A stretch of 61,655 bases of DNA, taken from NCBI GenBank assembly GCA_016190625.1, contig JACPQF010000089.1, positions 1 to 61,655 on the forward strand, written 5' to 3'. Positions 29,745 to 39,625 of this stretch are shown here, in pieces. The stretch's first letter is position 1, and every line of letters begins with the position of its first letter. The notes beneath the pieces were generated by a model, which searched no databases, had not been told where the DNA came from, and saw only the letters and a list, made by a program, of their open reading frames with translations. Origin of the DNA: Chloroflexota bacterium. GTDB lineage: Bacteria > Chloroflexota > Dehalococcoidia > JACPQF01. The position numbers and the translations under genes were made by a program.

Positions 29745-30881
29745 CTACACGACCTTTTTCCGCCTGAGCACCTCGATTCTGTCTGGCGAGTAGCCTAATT
29801 CCGCCAGAACCTCGACAGTGTGCTGGCCCAGCACCGGCGGCGGGCCGAAGACCCTGCCGGGCGTCTCCGAGAGCTTAATGGGAACGCCCATCTGCCACAT
29901 CTTGCCAGCGTCGGGGTGTTCGTACTCCACCACCATCTCATTGTGGCGCACCTGGGGATCATCAAATAACTCGTCGAGCTGTTTCACGGGAGCGCACGGC
30001 ACGTCATTTGCCAGCAAGAGACTAACCCATTCGTCGGTCGAATTGGTCAACAGTATCTCCTGCAGAATGCCCAGCAACTCCTCACGGTGCTCAAGGCGGG
30101 CAGTCAGCAAGGCAAATCGAGGATCATCAATAAGAGATTCGATCCGGAGCGCCTTACAGAAGTTAACCCAGAAAGTCTGGTTTCCGCAGGCGACGAACAT
30201 CCAATCGTCGGCAGTTTGGAATAACTGGTAGGGTATTGGCACGCCCGTCACCAGGTTTTTCGGCTCAGCGCCTCTCACGAACCAGCCGGACTGGATAGCG
30301 ATGACGGCGTTCAGAAGGCTGCTATCTACCCGCTGCCCTATGCCGGTCTTCTCTCGAACATAGAGAGCGACGGCCGTGCCATAGGCTCCTAGAAAGGCTG
30401 CAGTGTAATCGGATACCGCCACCCGGTTGAACACCGGCGGGCCGGCCGGCCCGCCCTGCGCCGCCATGACGCCGCCCAACGCCTGCATCAAGGGGTCAAA
30501 TCCCGGCCTATCGCGATAGGGCCCGGTCTGGCCCCAGGCGGAGAGGGCGGTATAGATGATCCGCGGATTTACCTGCTTCAAGTTTTCGTGACCTATCCCC
30601 AGCCTGTCGGCGACCCCCGGACGGTAATTCTCCACCACGACGTCCGATTGCTTCACCAGCTCGAGCAGGACCGCTTTTCCTTCGGGCTGCTTCAGGTCCA
30701 GGACCATGGCCCGTTTCCCCCGGTTCCAGCCATAGAAGCCGAATATCTCGCGGAAGGGGTCTCCCTCTGGCGTCTCTACCTTGATGACGTCGGCGCCCAT
30801 GTCGGCCAGCAGCATGCAGCAATAGGAGCCGGCGATGTAGTTGGTCAGGTCTACAATCTTCACGCCCTGCAGCGCAAACAT
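29745..30881 (-). CDS. Family III (CaiB/BaiF) CoA-transferase
   Basis: LADMGADVIKVE, NRGKR, ENYRPG, AVSDY with catalytic Asp. Confidence 0.93.
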   Translation of the reverse strand: MFALQGVKIVDLTNYIAGSYCCMLLADMGADVIKVETPEGDPFREIFGFYGWNRGKRAMVLDLKQPEGKAVLLELVKQSDVVVENYRPGVADRLGIGHENLKQVNPRIIYTALSAWGQTGPYRDRPGFDPLMQALGGVMAAQGGPAGPPVFNRVAVSDYTAAFLGAYGTAVALYVREKTGIGQRVDSSLLNAVIAIQSGWFVRGAEPKNLVTGVPIPYQLFQTADDWMFVACGNQTFWVNFCKALRIESLIDDPRFALLTARLEHREELLGILQEILLTNSTDEWVSLLLANDVPCAPVKQLDELFDDPQVRHNEMVVEYEHPDAGKMWQMGVPIKLSETPGRVFGPPPVLGQHTVEVLAELGYSPDRIEVLRRKKVV

Positions 30882-30914
30882 TACTTCGCCCCCTTACCGT
30901 CCTCCGAAACGGAC

Positions 30915-31847
30915 CTATTCTACCACACTCGCGGTAGAAACGCGTTTCGGCGTGGCGCGTCGGGGAATCCTCGATTCGCAGGGAACCTTCGTTTGGCAGA
31001 GGCCACAGGCGGCATAGTAGCCGATGTAACCAGGCCTTTCGAGAAAAGGCCTCAGGGTCTTGGCCAGCGTCTGGTAGCACTTCTCCTTGTCGTGGCCGGT
31101 GGCTCCGATGGCGCCACCCGGGCAGCGTTTGATGCAAGCGCCGCAGGTGCCATCCTCTGGATAGGGGCAATTAGCGAGATGGTGGCTGTAGGGTCGGGAA
31201 CTGGGAATAAACGCAGCGTTGGCCACGACACTGCCGCAGCGATGGGCGATACCCCTGGCGGTTATCAGCCCATCGGTGAGGCTGAAGGTTCCCAATCCGG
31301 CAGCGTAGGCAGCGTGGCGCTCGGACCAGGTCGATGTCCAACCTGCGGTGGCAGAGCGAAAAGACTTGAATGTCGGAGCGAACATCGGCGGCACCGCGAC
31401 GTAGCCCTTCTCCTCGAAGAGGGAGACCACGTGGCGGCACAGGGCGCCGTTGAACTCCTCGCCCTGAAAGCGTGTGTGGTTCCAGCGCAGCGACGGCCCG
31501 TCGGCCATCTTGCGGTTGCTCAGCCTCGTCTCTTTGGCAATGGGCAGAATCCAGGAGACCACGCCGACGCGAGAAAGCTCCGGCGGCTCTCCCCCGGCAG
31601 AGGTCGGGGACTGGGCCGCGAGGACCTCTCGCGGCGTCATGTGTCGCTCTCCCGCCACCGTTTTGTACAGCTCGAATAGGGGATCGTCCCCGTCGGCAAA
31701 TCCCACCAGCGGCTCCTCGAAGATGGGCGAGCCGTCGATGTCTCTCAGGCGATTGGCTGGCGATTCAGCCACGAAGGTCTTGATGGCGTCCACGAGAAAG
31801 GCCTGCAGGTCGGTCATCCGTGTCAAGTCGCGTTCCGCTTGTTTCAT
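30915..31847 (-). CDS. QueG-like (epoxyqueuosine reductase family) 4Fe-4S protein
   Basis: WSERHAAYAAGLG, CGACIKRCP, CGLCQTKVPC. Confidence 0.8.
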   Translation of the reverse strand: MKQAERDLTRMTDLQAFLVDAIKTFVAESPANRLRDIDGSPIFEEPLVGFADGDDPLFELYKTVAGERHMTPREVLAAQSPTSAGGEPPELSRVGVVSWILPIAKETRLSNRKMADGPSLRWNHTRFQGEEFNGALCRHVVSLFEEKGYVAVPPMFAPTFKSFRSATAGWTSTWSERHAAYAAGLGTFSLTDGLITARGIAHRCGSVVANAAFIPSSRPYSHHLANCPYPEDGTCGACIKRCPGGAIGATGHDKEKCYQTLAKTLRPFLERPGYIGYYAACGLCQTKVPCESRIPRRATPKRVSTASVVE

Positions 31848-31993
31848 GTTCCTCCTCCGACCGCTTTGATTACTGTCTTCGACGCTTGGCGCTAGGCAAC
31901 CTTGAAGGATTGTCCCAAGGGTTCGACTCCGCCGTATCTCGATACAAGGCAGTGACTCGCACCACCTGTAGGTTCGAGCCGCTGTTTCAATGG

Positions 31994-32022
31994 ATTATAG
32001 CAGTCTGAGCACTAAACGTAAA
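31994..32022 (-). promoter_or_regulatory. Sigma70-type promoter about 140 nt upstream of the QueG-like gene
   Basis: TTTACG-17-TATAAT with extended -10 TG. Confidence 0.6.
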
Positions 32023-32123
32023 ACTCTGGTTCGCCCGGCAGCCTCCCAGTCGCACTTATACGCGATTGCTCGACCCAGGCCTTCGTGTTGCACAAAGACG
32101 TTCTCCTATGGGATAATATGCCC

Positions 32124-33584
32124 ATGCGTAAACAGGCTCCGATCCTCGTCACCGGCGCCACGGGCTACGTGGGGGGCAGACTCGTGCCACGCCTCCTCGA
32201 TGCGGGGTACCGGGTGCGAGTTCTCGTGCGTGACCCCAGCCGCCTCCAGGGACGCCCCTGGGCCGGCCAGGTGGAGGTAGAACAGGCCGATGTCCTACAG
32301 CCTGAGACCCTTTCTGCCGCTCTCGCAGGCGTGTCCGCGGCCTATTACCTGGTCCATAGCATGGCCATCGCGGGAGATTTTCCCCAGCGCGATCTGATAG
32401 CCGCTCGCAATTTCGGCGCCGCGGCGAAAGCGGCCGGGGTAGAGCGGATTATCTACCTTGGCGGGCTGGGCGATTCGCAAACTACCCTATCGAAGCATCT
32501 GCGCTCCCGTCAGGAGACCGGGACGATCCTAAGGGAGGCCGGCGTTCCTGTCACCGAGTTCCGGGCTGGCATCATTATCGGCTCCGGCAGCGTGTCTTAC
32601 GAGATCATCCGTTATCTCACCGAGCGCCTACCGATCATCCTTGCCCCCGGCTGGGTGTTCACCCCGGCGCAGCCCATCGCCATTCGCGACGTGCTTGCTT
32701 ATCTGAAAGCTGCGTTGGAAGTGCCGGAGAGCACCGGGAGAACTCTGGAGATCGGTGGAGCGGGTGTGTTGTCCTACAAGGAAATGATCCTTGGCTATGC
32801 CCACGCGCGGAAGCTCTACAGGATCTTGATTCCCGTTCCCGCGCTCACGCCGAAACTCTCGGCGCGCCTGCTGCATGCCCTGACGCCGATCCCCGAAAAC
32901 ATCGCCTTGCCTCTCATCGAGGGACTGCGCAACGAGGTGCTCGTTCGCGATCATACCGCCCATCGGCTCTTCCCGAATATCGTACCGATTCATTATCTGA
33001 CCGCCGTGCAACTGGCTTTCATCCGTCAGGAGACCGGCAAGGTGGAGACGATTTGGAGCACGGCGTTGGCCACGAGCCAGGGCGATAAGCCGCCTGTCGC
33101 CTTCACCGATCGTGAGGGTATTAACCTGGAGAGCCGGCAGATGGTCGTCGCCGCCAGTCCGGCGGCGGTTTATCAGGTCTTCACCGGTCTCGGCGGCCAG
33201 CGCGGCTGGCTATATGCCGACTGGATGTGGCATTGGCGAGGCAGAATCGACAGAATGCTCGGGGGCGTGGGCTTCCGGCGAGGTCGGCGGCATCCCGACG
33301 AGATACAGGTAGGGGAGGCATTGGACTTCTGGCGAGTGGAGGCCGTAGAGCCTGGACGCCTGTTCCGCCTGCGCGCCGAGATGAGGGCGCCCGGCAGGGC
33401 CTGGTTGCAGTTCGAGGCGCAGGCACTTCAAGATGGCAAGACCTTGTTAACTCAGACCGCCTTCTTCTTCCCCAGAGGTCTAGCCGGGCCCCTCTATTGG
33501 TACGGTCTCTACCCCGTGCACAAGGTAATCTTCTCCGGACTCATCCGCTCGATCGCTCGCCGGGCCGAGGCCATCGAGGCATGA
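32124..33584 (+). CDS. Atypical SDR (YbjT-like) with DUF2867 domain
   Basis: TGATGYVGG, YYLVHSM, LDFWRVE, AEMRAPGRAWL; start 32118 or 32124, possibly leaderless. Confidence 0.9.
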   Translation: MRKQAPILVTGATGYVGGRLVPRLLDAGYRVRVLVRDPSRLQGRPWAGQVEVEQADVLQPETLSAALAGVSAAYYLVHSMAIAGDFPQRDLIAARNFGAAAKAAGVERIIYLGGLGDSQTTLSKHLRSRQETGTILREAGVPVTEFRAGIIIGSGSVSYEIIRYLTERLPIILAPGWVFTPAQPIAIRDVLAYLKAALEVPESTGRTLEIGGAGVLSYKEMILGYAHARKLYRILIPVPALTPKLSARLLHALTPIPENIALPLIEGLRNEVLVRDHTAHRLFPNIVPIHYLTAVQLAFIRQETGKVETIWSTALATSQGDKPPVAFTDREGINLESRQMVVAASPAAVYQVFTGLGGQRGWLYADWMWHWRGRIDRMLGGVGFRRGRRHPDEIQVGEALDFWRVEAVEPGRLFRLRAEMRAPGRAWLQFEAQALQDGKTLLTQTAFFFPRGLAGPLYWYGLYPVHKVIFSGLIRSIARRAEAIEA

Positions 33585-34549
33585 GAGCTATGGTTTTCGA
33601 CGGAGCCCTGCGATTGGCGGCAGATTACCCCCGGCCCTCACCGGGCCATAACGAGGCATCGATCAGGGTCGGGCTGGCGGGAATCTGCAACACGGATTTG
33701 GAAATCGTCAAAGGCTATATGGGTTTCAAGGGAGTGCTGGGGCACGAGTTCGTGGGAGTCGTAGAGGAGTGTCGAGACCCCGACTTGGTGGGCCAGCGCG
33801 TGGTCGGCGAGATCAACGTTGGCTGTGGCGCCTGCCCGTACTGCTCCCGGGGCCTATCCCGACATTGTCCCGACCGCTCCGTCCTCGGCATCCTCGGTCG
33901 TGATGGCGCTCTGGCCGAGTACGTAACGTTGCCCATCGAGAATCTGCACCCTGTTCCAAAATCGTTGCCTGACGAAGAAGCCGTCTTCGCCGAGCCCCTC
34001 GCCGCGGCTCTGGAGATTCGGGAGCAGGTGAACATCAGCCCATCCGATTCTGTCCTAGTCCTGGGCGACGGCAAGCTGGGCCTTCTCGTAGCGCAAGTTC
34101 TGGCGCCGCTAAGCCGGAAACTGAGGGTGGTAGGCAAGCACCGCAGCAGCCTCGCCATTCTCTCCCAGCGAGGAATCGAGACTTGTCTCGCCGGGGATTC
34201 TCCTCCGGAACGGGCAGACATAGTGGTAGATTGCACTGGCTCGCCATCCGGGCTCGAAGCGGCCATGCGCCTGACCAAGCCAAAGGGCACCATCGTCCTG
34301 AAGAGCACGGTGGCTACAGGCGCCAGCCTGAACCTCGCTCCCCTCGTGGTGGACGAGATCACTGTGGTCGGCTCCCGCTGCGGGCCTTTTCGCCCTGCTC
34401 TGGACGCGCTGGACAAGAAAACGGTCGGCGTCCGGCCCCTCATCGCCGGCATTTACCCGATCAGCGATGGCCTGCGAGCCTTCGAGCATGCCGCTCAACA
34501 TGGCACTCTTAAAGTGCTAATTAGCTTCCACGCGAATCTCACACAGTAG
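33581..34549 (+). CDS. Zinc-dependent MDR alcohol dehydrogenase-like protein
   Basis: GICNTD, GHEFVG, CGACPYC..C, GDGKLG; ATGA overlap with the upstream gene. Confidence 0.92.
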   Translation: MRAMVFDGALRLAADYPRPSPGHNEASIRVGLAGICNTDLEIVKGYMGFKGVLGHEFVGVVEECRDPDLVGQRVVGEINVGCGACPYCSRGLSRHCPDRSVLGILGRDGALAEYVTLPIENLHPVPKSLPDEEAVFAEPLAAALEIREQVNISPSDSVLVLGDGKLGLLVAQVLAPLSRKLRVVGKHRSSLAILSQRGIETCLAGDSPPERADIVVDCTGSPSGLEAAMRLTKPKGTIVLKSTVATGASLNLAPLVVDEITVVGSRCGPFRPALDALDKKTVGVRPLIAGIYPISDGLRAFEHAAQHGTLKVLISFHANLTQ

Positions 34550-34625
34550 CGATCGGCGGCCATCCTATCGAGCTGATCATCGCCTATCTTCTTCAAGCTC
34601 ATAGCTGAAGGCTGATTGCTAACCG

Positions 34626-34973
34626 TTACCTAGATGCCGCCACTGGATAACCTGCCGCCTCCCAAGCGTGGAATCCGCCTCGTAGCGCCTCGGCTCTGGC
34701 GTATCCCCTGTCGATTAAGAAGCGTGCCGCACGGGCACTGCTGCCTTCCTCCGGTCAGGTTCAGTAGGTTATGATCAGTTTATCGTGAGCAAGGTCACTA
34801 TAGCGTCGGGGGAATTCTGCCGCTGGCATGTGAATAGCGCCCTCGACGTGGGCCTCGTCGTAGGCCTCCTTGCTTCGGACGTCCACCAAGACTGCTTCGT
34901 TGCGGTCGTGCATCTGCTTGGCCTCGCTTACAGAGATGCGCGGCACTTCTTCGAGAGGCATTCTCTGCACCAT
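34626..34973 (-). CDS. Rhodanese-family selenoprotein with two UGA codons (UxU), 115 aa
   Basis: DVR..Y..AHVEGA; IITY-TGA-T-TGA-PEEGSSARAA...LRGGFHAWEAAGYPV; true stop TAA at 34626-34628. Confidence 0.85.
34719..34748 (-). promoter_or_regulatory. Candidate bacterial SECIS hairpin
   Basis: AGC-A-GTGCC-CGTGC-GGCAC-GCT; loop begins 21 nt after the second UGA with G at loop position 2. Confidence 0.6.
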
Positions 34974-35074
34974 TGACCGATCCTCCTTTCAAGTGGGGGC
35001 GAACGGCCATTTGCTCCTGCTTATCTTGATTGCGCGCAAGATCGATGCCGGGATGGTTCAGGCTGACGTTCGCC

Positions 35075-35136
35075 GTGGTTCAAACCGTAGGGACGAATCC
35101 TTTGGCGGAAGGATTCGTCCCTACGGTTTGAACCAC
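35075..35136. repeat. Perfect 28-bp-arm palindrome containing a GTAG REP
   Basis: gtggttcaaaccgtagggacgaatcctt-tggcgg-aaggattcgtccctacggtttgaaccac. Confidence 0.9.
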
Positions 35137-35268
35137 CGTCGCAGACTGTTGCTCAACTGTAGCCCCGTCTATGAACCGTTCCTCGGTGCCCCGAAACTGG
35201 TATGTTACTTGCCGGGCCTGATTGGCGTAAGCCCGGGCCGTGAATCAATACCGTCGGGAGGGTAACTC

Positions 35269-35682
35269 ATGCCGAGAATAGAGGAGAGAATTCACGTCGA
35301 CGCGCCTATCGATCAGGTGTACCGGTTCTGGACCAACTTCGAGAGTTTTCCTCGCTTCATGGAGAATGTGGACCAGGTCAAGATGACCGGGCCGAAGACG
35401 CTGCATTGGAAGGCCCATATTGCGGGGACGCCGGTGGAGTGGGACGCCGAGATCACCGAGCTGAAGCCGAGTGAGAAGGTTGCCTGGCGCTCAACCACAG
35501 GGACCGGCAATAGCGGTGAGGTAACGTTTGCCCGCGCTGACACGGGCACGGACGTGCATGTGATTCTGGAGTATACCCCACCGGCTGGCGCCGTCGGTGC
35601 GACGCTCGACCAATTCGCCCGGGCGACAGAGAGGAACGTGGAGGAGGACCTCCAGAATTTCAGGAGAATGGTTGAGCGATAA
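35269..35682 (+). CDS. SRPBCC (polyketide cyclase-like) protein
   Basis: VYRFWTNFESFPRFM, EWDAEITE, AWRS, DLQNFR. Confidence 0.92.
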   Translation: MPRIEERIHVDAPIDQVYRFWTNFESFPRFMENVDQVKMTGPKTLHWKAHIAGTPVEWDAEITELKPSEKVAWRSTTGTGNSGEVTFARADTGTDVHVILEYTPPAGAVGATLDQFARATERNVEEDLQNFRRMVER

Positions 35683-35696
35683 AGCGATCTCGCCCG

Positions 35697-36611
35697 CTAT
35701 CGTTGATCATGGGGCGAGGCAGCTCGCCTCGTGGCCTCCAATTCAGGCACAATTACCTTGAGAGCGCGAGGAGCCACCTGAAAGCGCATGGGGGTCTTGC
35801 CAATCACATCGCCGTCGGTCTGCACTATCAGAGGCTTTTCGGATTGCAAGGCCACCGAGCTGGCCCTGTAGGACTCGACGTCGGGAGAGCCGTGGTGGCG
35901 ACGGAGAGCGAGGGACAGCAGGTGGCGAACCTTGGTCATGGTCCCGCTTCCCTGAAAAATGAACACTTCGAAGAGGCCGTCATCGGGCTCGGCCTGGCGC
36001 GAAAGCTCGAAGATGGCGTAGCGCTTGATATTCGACACGACGACGAGCAGAACCCTGCGGCTCAGCTTCTTACCGTCCAAAACCACTTCCGCGCGCGTTC
36101 CCTCGAACCGGAACAGAGTGACCAGAGCGGAGACGGCGAAGGCGGGAATGCCCCAGCGGCGTTTGGCCTCCGGCTTGACGTTGAGCAGGACCTGGGCGTC
36201 AAAGCCGGCGCCAGCCCAGAGCAGAAAGCAGCGGTCCTCGGACATGCCCACGTCGAGATACCGGTTTTGACCAGCCACGATGGACTTCGCCGCCTCGACC
36301 GGGTCCAGGGGGATGCCCATTTCCCGGGCGAACACGTTGGCAGTGCCGGTAGGGATGACTCCTAGGGCGACCTCCGTCCCCGGCAGTGCCTGAATTACCT
36401 CGTTGATCGTTCCGTCGCCGCCGCAGGCGACCACCAACTGGCAACCCTCCGCCACGGCCAGGCGCGCCAGCTCGGTGCCCCTATGCCCGCCATCGGTATG
36501 AAAGACGGACACGTCCCAGGCGGGTGCCCGGAGAAAGCCAATGGCCCTGTCTATGTCGGGCCGTCGCGACGCCTGGCCCGCCGTCGGGTTGACTATAACG
36601 CAGACCTTCAT
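35697..36611 (-). CDS. Diacylglycerol/lipid kinase family protein
   Basis: IVNPTAG, GGDGTINE, PTGTANVFA, DDG, QTDGD. Confidence 0.93.
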   Translation of the reverse strand: MKVCVIVNPTAGQASRRPDIDRAIGFLRAPAWDVSVFHTDGGHRGTELARLAVAEGCQLVVACGGDGTINEVIQALPGTEVALGVIPTGTANVFAREMGIPLDPVEAAKSIVAGQNRYLDVGMSEDRCFLLWAGAGFDAQVLLNVKPEAKRRWGIPAFAVSALVTLFRFEGTRAEVVLDGKKLSRRVLLVVVSNIKRYAIFELSRQAEPDDGLFEVFIFQGSGTMTKVRHLLSLALRRHHGSPDVESYRASSVALQSEKPLIVQTDGDVIGKTPMRFQVAPRALKVIVPELEATRRAASPHDQR

Positions 36612-36641
36612 GCTGCGACCTCGGACCATCGCCCTCTCTTA

Positions 36642-37691
36642 CTAGGCGGCTTTGCGAGCTGCGCTCGGGGCAGATGGGTTGACCATATTCTGGGGACTGT
36701 CTGCCAGAAAACCCCGGATATTGTCGACGGTGGTCTCCAGAATTCTCTGAAGGGCTTCCTTCGTATTGAAGGCGATGTGGGGTGTGATAACCACGTCCTC
36801 TCGCCGCATAAGGATGTGTCGACGCAGCACCATTCTCAACTGGTCCTCCGCTGCCGGAGCGGTGAGCAGTTGCCGTTCCTCTTTGATGAGCTCCTCGCCC
36901 TCGATGACGTCGAGTCCGGCCCCCCCAATGATACCCGCGTCCAGGGCCCAAAGCAAGTCCTCGGTGTCCACCAGGCCGCCGCGGGCCGTATTGATCAATA
37001 TAGCCCCCTTTTTCATCAGCTTAAGCGACTCGCGGCTGATCAAATGGTGGGTGCGAGGCGAATAGGGTGCGTGGAGCGAAACGATGTCAGACCGCGTCAG
37101 CAATTCTTCAAAGGGAACGTAGGTGAAGCCGAGCACTTCGGCGATGAGTTCATCCCGATGAGGGTCGAAGGCAAGGGCGTTCATGCCGAACCCTTTGGCG
37201 ATCCTGATCACGTGCAGCCCGATGCTACCGGCGCCGACTACGCCGATGGTCTTACCCTTGAGGTCGGATCCTCTCAGCTCCTCGATCGTGAAGTGGCCGG
37301 TGGTCGAGCGCAGATGAGATTTGAGTATGTGCCGCGTCAACGCCAATATCAGGCCAAATGTATGCTCCGCCACGCTAGTCTCGCCATAGCGGGGAACGTT
37401 GCAGACTGTAATCCCTCTCTCGCCGCAGGCCGCCAGGTCGATGTGGTCGTAGCCGGTCGAGCGCGTGGCAATCATTCTTAGATTCGGCAGCCTATCCAGC
37501 ATGTCCCGGTCGAGACGGGAGTTTATGAAGACGGAGAGGATAGGCGCTTCCGTGACCTGATTGACCTTACGGTTGCTCAAGACGCCCGGGAAGAAGGTCA
37601 GTTTCTTGTCCGGCAGCGCCTTTGCAAGGTACTCTTTCTCCCACGCTTCCACTTCGAAGAAGGCGATGTCGACCGCCACTTTGGGTTTCAT
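36642..37691 (-). CDS. D-2-hydroxyacid dehydrogenase (D-lactate dehydrogenase-like)
   Basis: RSTGYDHID, GAGSIG, INTARG, TPHIAF. Confidence 0.92.
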   Translation of the reverse strand: MKPKVAVDIAFFEVEAWEKEYLAKALPDKKLTFFPGVLSNRKVNQVTEAPILSVFINSRLDRDMLDRLPNLRMIATRSTGYDHIDLAACGERGITVCNVPRYGETSVAEHTFGLILALTRHILKSHLRSTTGHFTIEELRGSDLKGKTIGVVGAGSIGLHVIRIAKGFGMNALAFDPHRDELIAEVLGFTYVPFEELLTRSDIVSLHAPYSPRTHHLISRESLKLMKKGAILINTARGGLVDTEDLLWALDAGIIGGAGLDVIEGEELIKEERQLLTAPAAEDQLRMVLRRHILMRREDVVITPHIAFNTKEALQRILETTVDNIRGFLADSPQNMVNPSAPSAARKAA

Positions 37692-37754
37692 GCTGCACCC
37701 CTGCCATCGGAGATTAGGTTATCCCGGTGGACATGCAAGGGCCATGCCATTCCT

Positions 37755-39062
37755 TCACAGCTGCCTCAATCTAGGAACGAAGACCATTATCGCCAGTGAG
37801 AAGGTCGCTACGATTGTTCCGCCGATCATCAAGCTAGCAGGCGCACCCAGGGTGCTTGCCAGCGTTCCTGCCTGTAAGCTGCCAAGCGGCGTCATGCCGT
37901 TTAGGGCGAGCATGTAGAAGCTCATCATCCGGCCGCGAAGCTCGTTGGGGACCAGGAGCTGGATAAGAGTATTGGTCAGAGAAGCGTACATGGCGGAGGC
38001 CCAGCCCACGAAGACGAGGATAAGCAGCGAAGTTGGAAACCAGGGGCTGAGGGCAAAGACGATCAGTAACAGGCCGAAAGCGATAGCTGAGAGCAGGAGC
38101 AGAAGTCCCTTTCGCCGGAAATTGCCGAGGGCGGCTAGGGTCAGGGCGCCGGCGAGGGACCCGGCGCCTGAAGCCGCCATCAACCAGGCGTAACCTGATG
38201 CGCCCACGTTGAGAACCTCCTCGCCGGCGAAAACGGGCATGAGCGTCACGTATTGCCAGCCGAAAATGGCGGGAACGGCCTCCATGGCCAGCAGGATCAG
38301 CATCGTCCTATTCCCGGCAACGTACCTAAGCCCTTCTTTGAGGTTCTGCCATATGGTCGCACTGGTATCGGCGGCCGGCAAGCTCCTGACGCTGATCAGG
38401 AACAGGGGAACGATAATGGCACCGTAGGTGAAACCGGCAAAGTAAAAGCATGCGGCAATGCCACCAACGAGAAGCAGGCCACCGGCGATGGTCGGGCCGA
38501 GTATGCGGCTGATCTGGTTGGTGGCAGAGGTGAGGGCAATGGCATTCATGAAGTTGTCTTTGTCGACGAGTTCGGTTACCAACACCTGGCGAGCGGGAAC
38601 ATAGAAGGCTTGCAGGGTGCCGTAGACCAGGACGAAAACGAAGACGTGCCATACTTCGACCCGGCCTGCTAGTATTAGAGTTGCCAGGCTCACCATCGCG
38701 ATCAGGCCGAGAGAATGGGAATATGTGAGAAGCTTCTTTCGGTCCATGCGGTCGACGACCACGCCTGTGAGCGGGGCGAGAAAGAGCATCGGCAGCGCTG
38801 TAGCAGTGCCGACCAAGCCGAGGAGGAAAGCGCTCTTGGTAAGGTCGTAGACCAGCCAGCCCGTGGCCACGCTCCTTAAATGTATGCCACCATTGGCCAG
38901 CAGTATGCCGAACATCAGCAGACGGAAGTCCCGATGTTGCAGAGACTGGAACATGCTGGCTCGTTCCGGCCGCCGGACCTCTAGTTCTCCCACCGTATCG
39001 GGTTTCGTCGCTTCCACCTTGATTGGAGTCTCAATCCGTAGAGCGGATGTCTCGACCGGCAA
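37755..39062 (-). CDS. MFS transporter
   Basis: SLQHRDFR, GVVVDRMDRK, P.ELRGRMMS; multiple TM segments; start uncertain. Confidence 0.9.
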   Translation of the reverse strand: MPVETSALRIETPIKVEATKPDTVGELEVRRPERASMFQSLQHRDFRLLMFGILLANGGIHLRSVATGWLVYDLTKSAFLLGLVGTATALPMLFLAPLTGVVVDRMDRKKLLTYSHSLGLIAMVSLATLILAGRVEVWHVFVFVLVYGTLQAFYVPARQVLVTELVDKDNFMNAIALTSATNQISRILGPTIAGGLLLVGGIAACFYFAGFTYGAIIVPLFLISVRSLPAADTSATIWQNLKEGLRYVAGNRTMLILLAMEAVPAIFGWQYVTLMPVFAGEEVLNVGASGYAWLMAASGAGSLAGALTLAALGNFRRKGLLLLLSAIAFGLLLIVFALSPWFPTSLLILVFVGWASAMYASLTNTLIQLLVPNELRGRMMSFYMLALNGMTPLGSLQAGTLASTLGAPASLMIGGTIVATFSLAIMVFVPRLRQL

Positions 39063-39080
39063 GAGAGACGAGCAGACCGA

Positions 39081-39536
39081 TCAGGAGTCTGTCCTCACCT
39101 GCTGCAGTTCGCTCAAGACAGCACGTAGACGCGCCTGCTTTTCCTCTAGCCGCTCTTTCATTTGGTTGAGCTGTTCTACCTTCTGATTGATCAGACTTGC
39201 TTGCATCTCGGTCACCTTGATGGACCGCCTCAGCTTGCCCATTCTCTCCTCTGAAGTCAGCCCACCCTGCCGGCGCTCCGCCCTGAGCTGTTCCAGCGTC
39301 TCCTCGGCCACGACCATCTCCTTGATTTCGGCCAGGGAGAAACCGAGCAGGCCTATCAACTCTCGGATGTGCCGGATACGCTGGACGTCCTCCTCGGTGT
39401 ACAGCCGGAAGCCGCCCTCCATTCGACTTGGCGGCTTGAGGAGCCCCTTCTCTTCGTAATAGCGCAACGTGCGATGGGTCAGCCCCGTGATCTCCGCCAC
39501 TTCCCCGATCTGCATGAAACGCTTTTCGGACTCCAA
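39081..39536 (-). CDS. MerR family transcriptional regulator
   Basis: IGEVA..TGL..RTLRYYEEKGLL, GFRLY, GFSLAEI. Confidence 0.93.
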   Translation of the reverse strand: MESEKRFMQIGEVAEITGLTHRTLRYYEEKGLLKPPSRMEGGFRLYTEEDVQRIRHIRELIGLLGFSLAEIKEMVVAEETLEQLRAERRQGGLTSEERMGKLRRSIKVTEMQASLINQKVEQLNQMKERLEEKQARLRAVLSELQQVRTDS

Positions 39537-39570
39537 CTAGCACCCCCTGAACTGCAGACTGGCGAGGGCA

Positions 39571-39625
39571 ATAATATCACGATCTTCCCTTAACGTCAAG
39601 GTTATGATCAGAATTATGATCAGAA
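39571..39625 (-). promoter_or_regulatory. Promoter/operator of the merR-family gene
   Basis: TTGACG-17-TATTAT; dyad ccttgacgttaagg over the -35; tandem 12-mer ttatgatcagaa x2. Confidence 0.6.

Noticed and set aside
31915-31985. tRNA suggested by GGTTCGACTCC / GGTTCGAGCC
   Set aside because: No D-arm, anticodon arm or acceptor stem can be built.
34755-34763. Genome-wide UGA reassignment (code 4/25) as the explanation for the in-frame TGAs
   Set aside because: Many genes here end properly in TGA, including ATGA/GTGA-coupled junctions (hisD-hisC, SDR-ADH, DUF6282-carA), so UGA is normally a stop.
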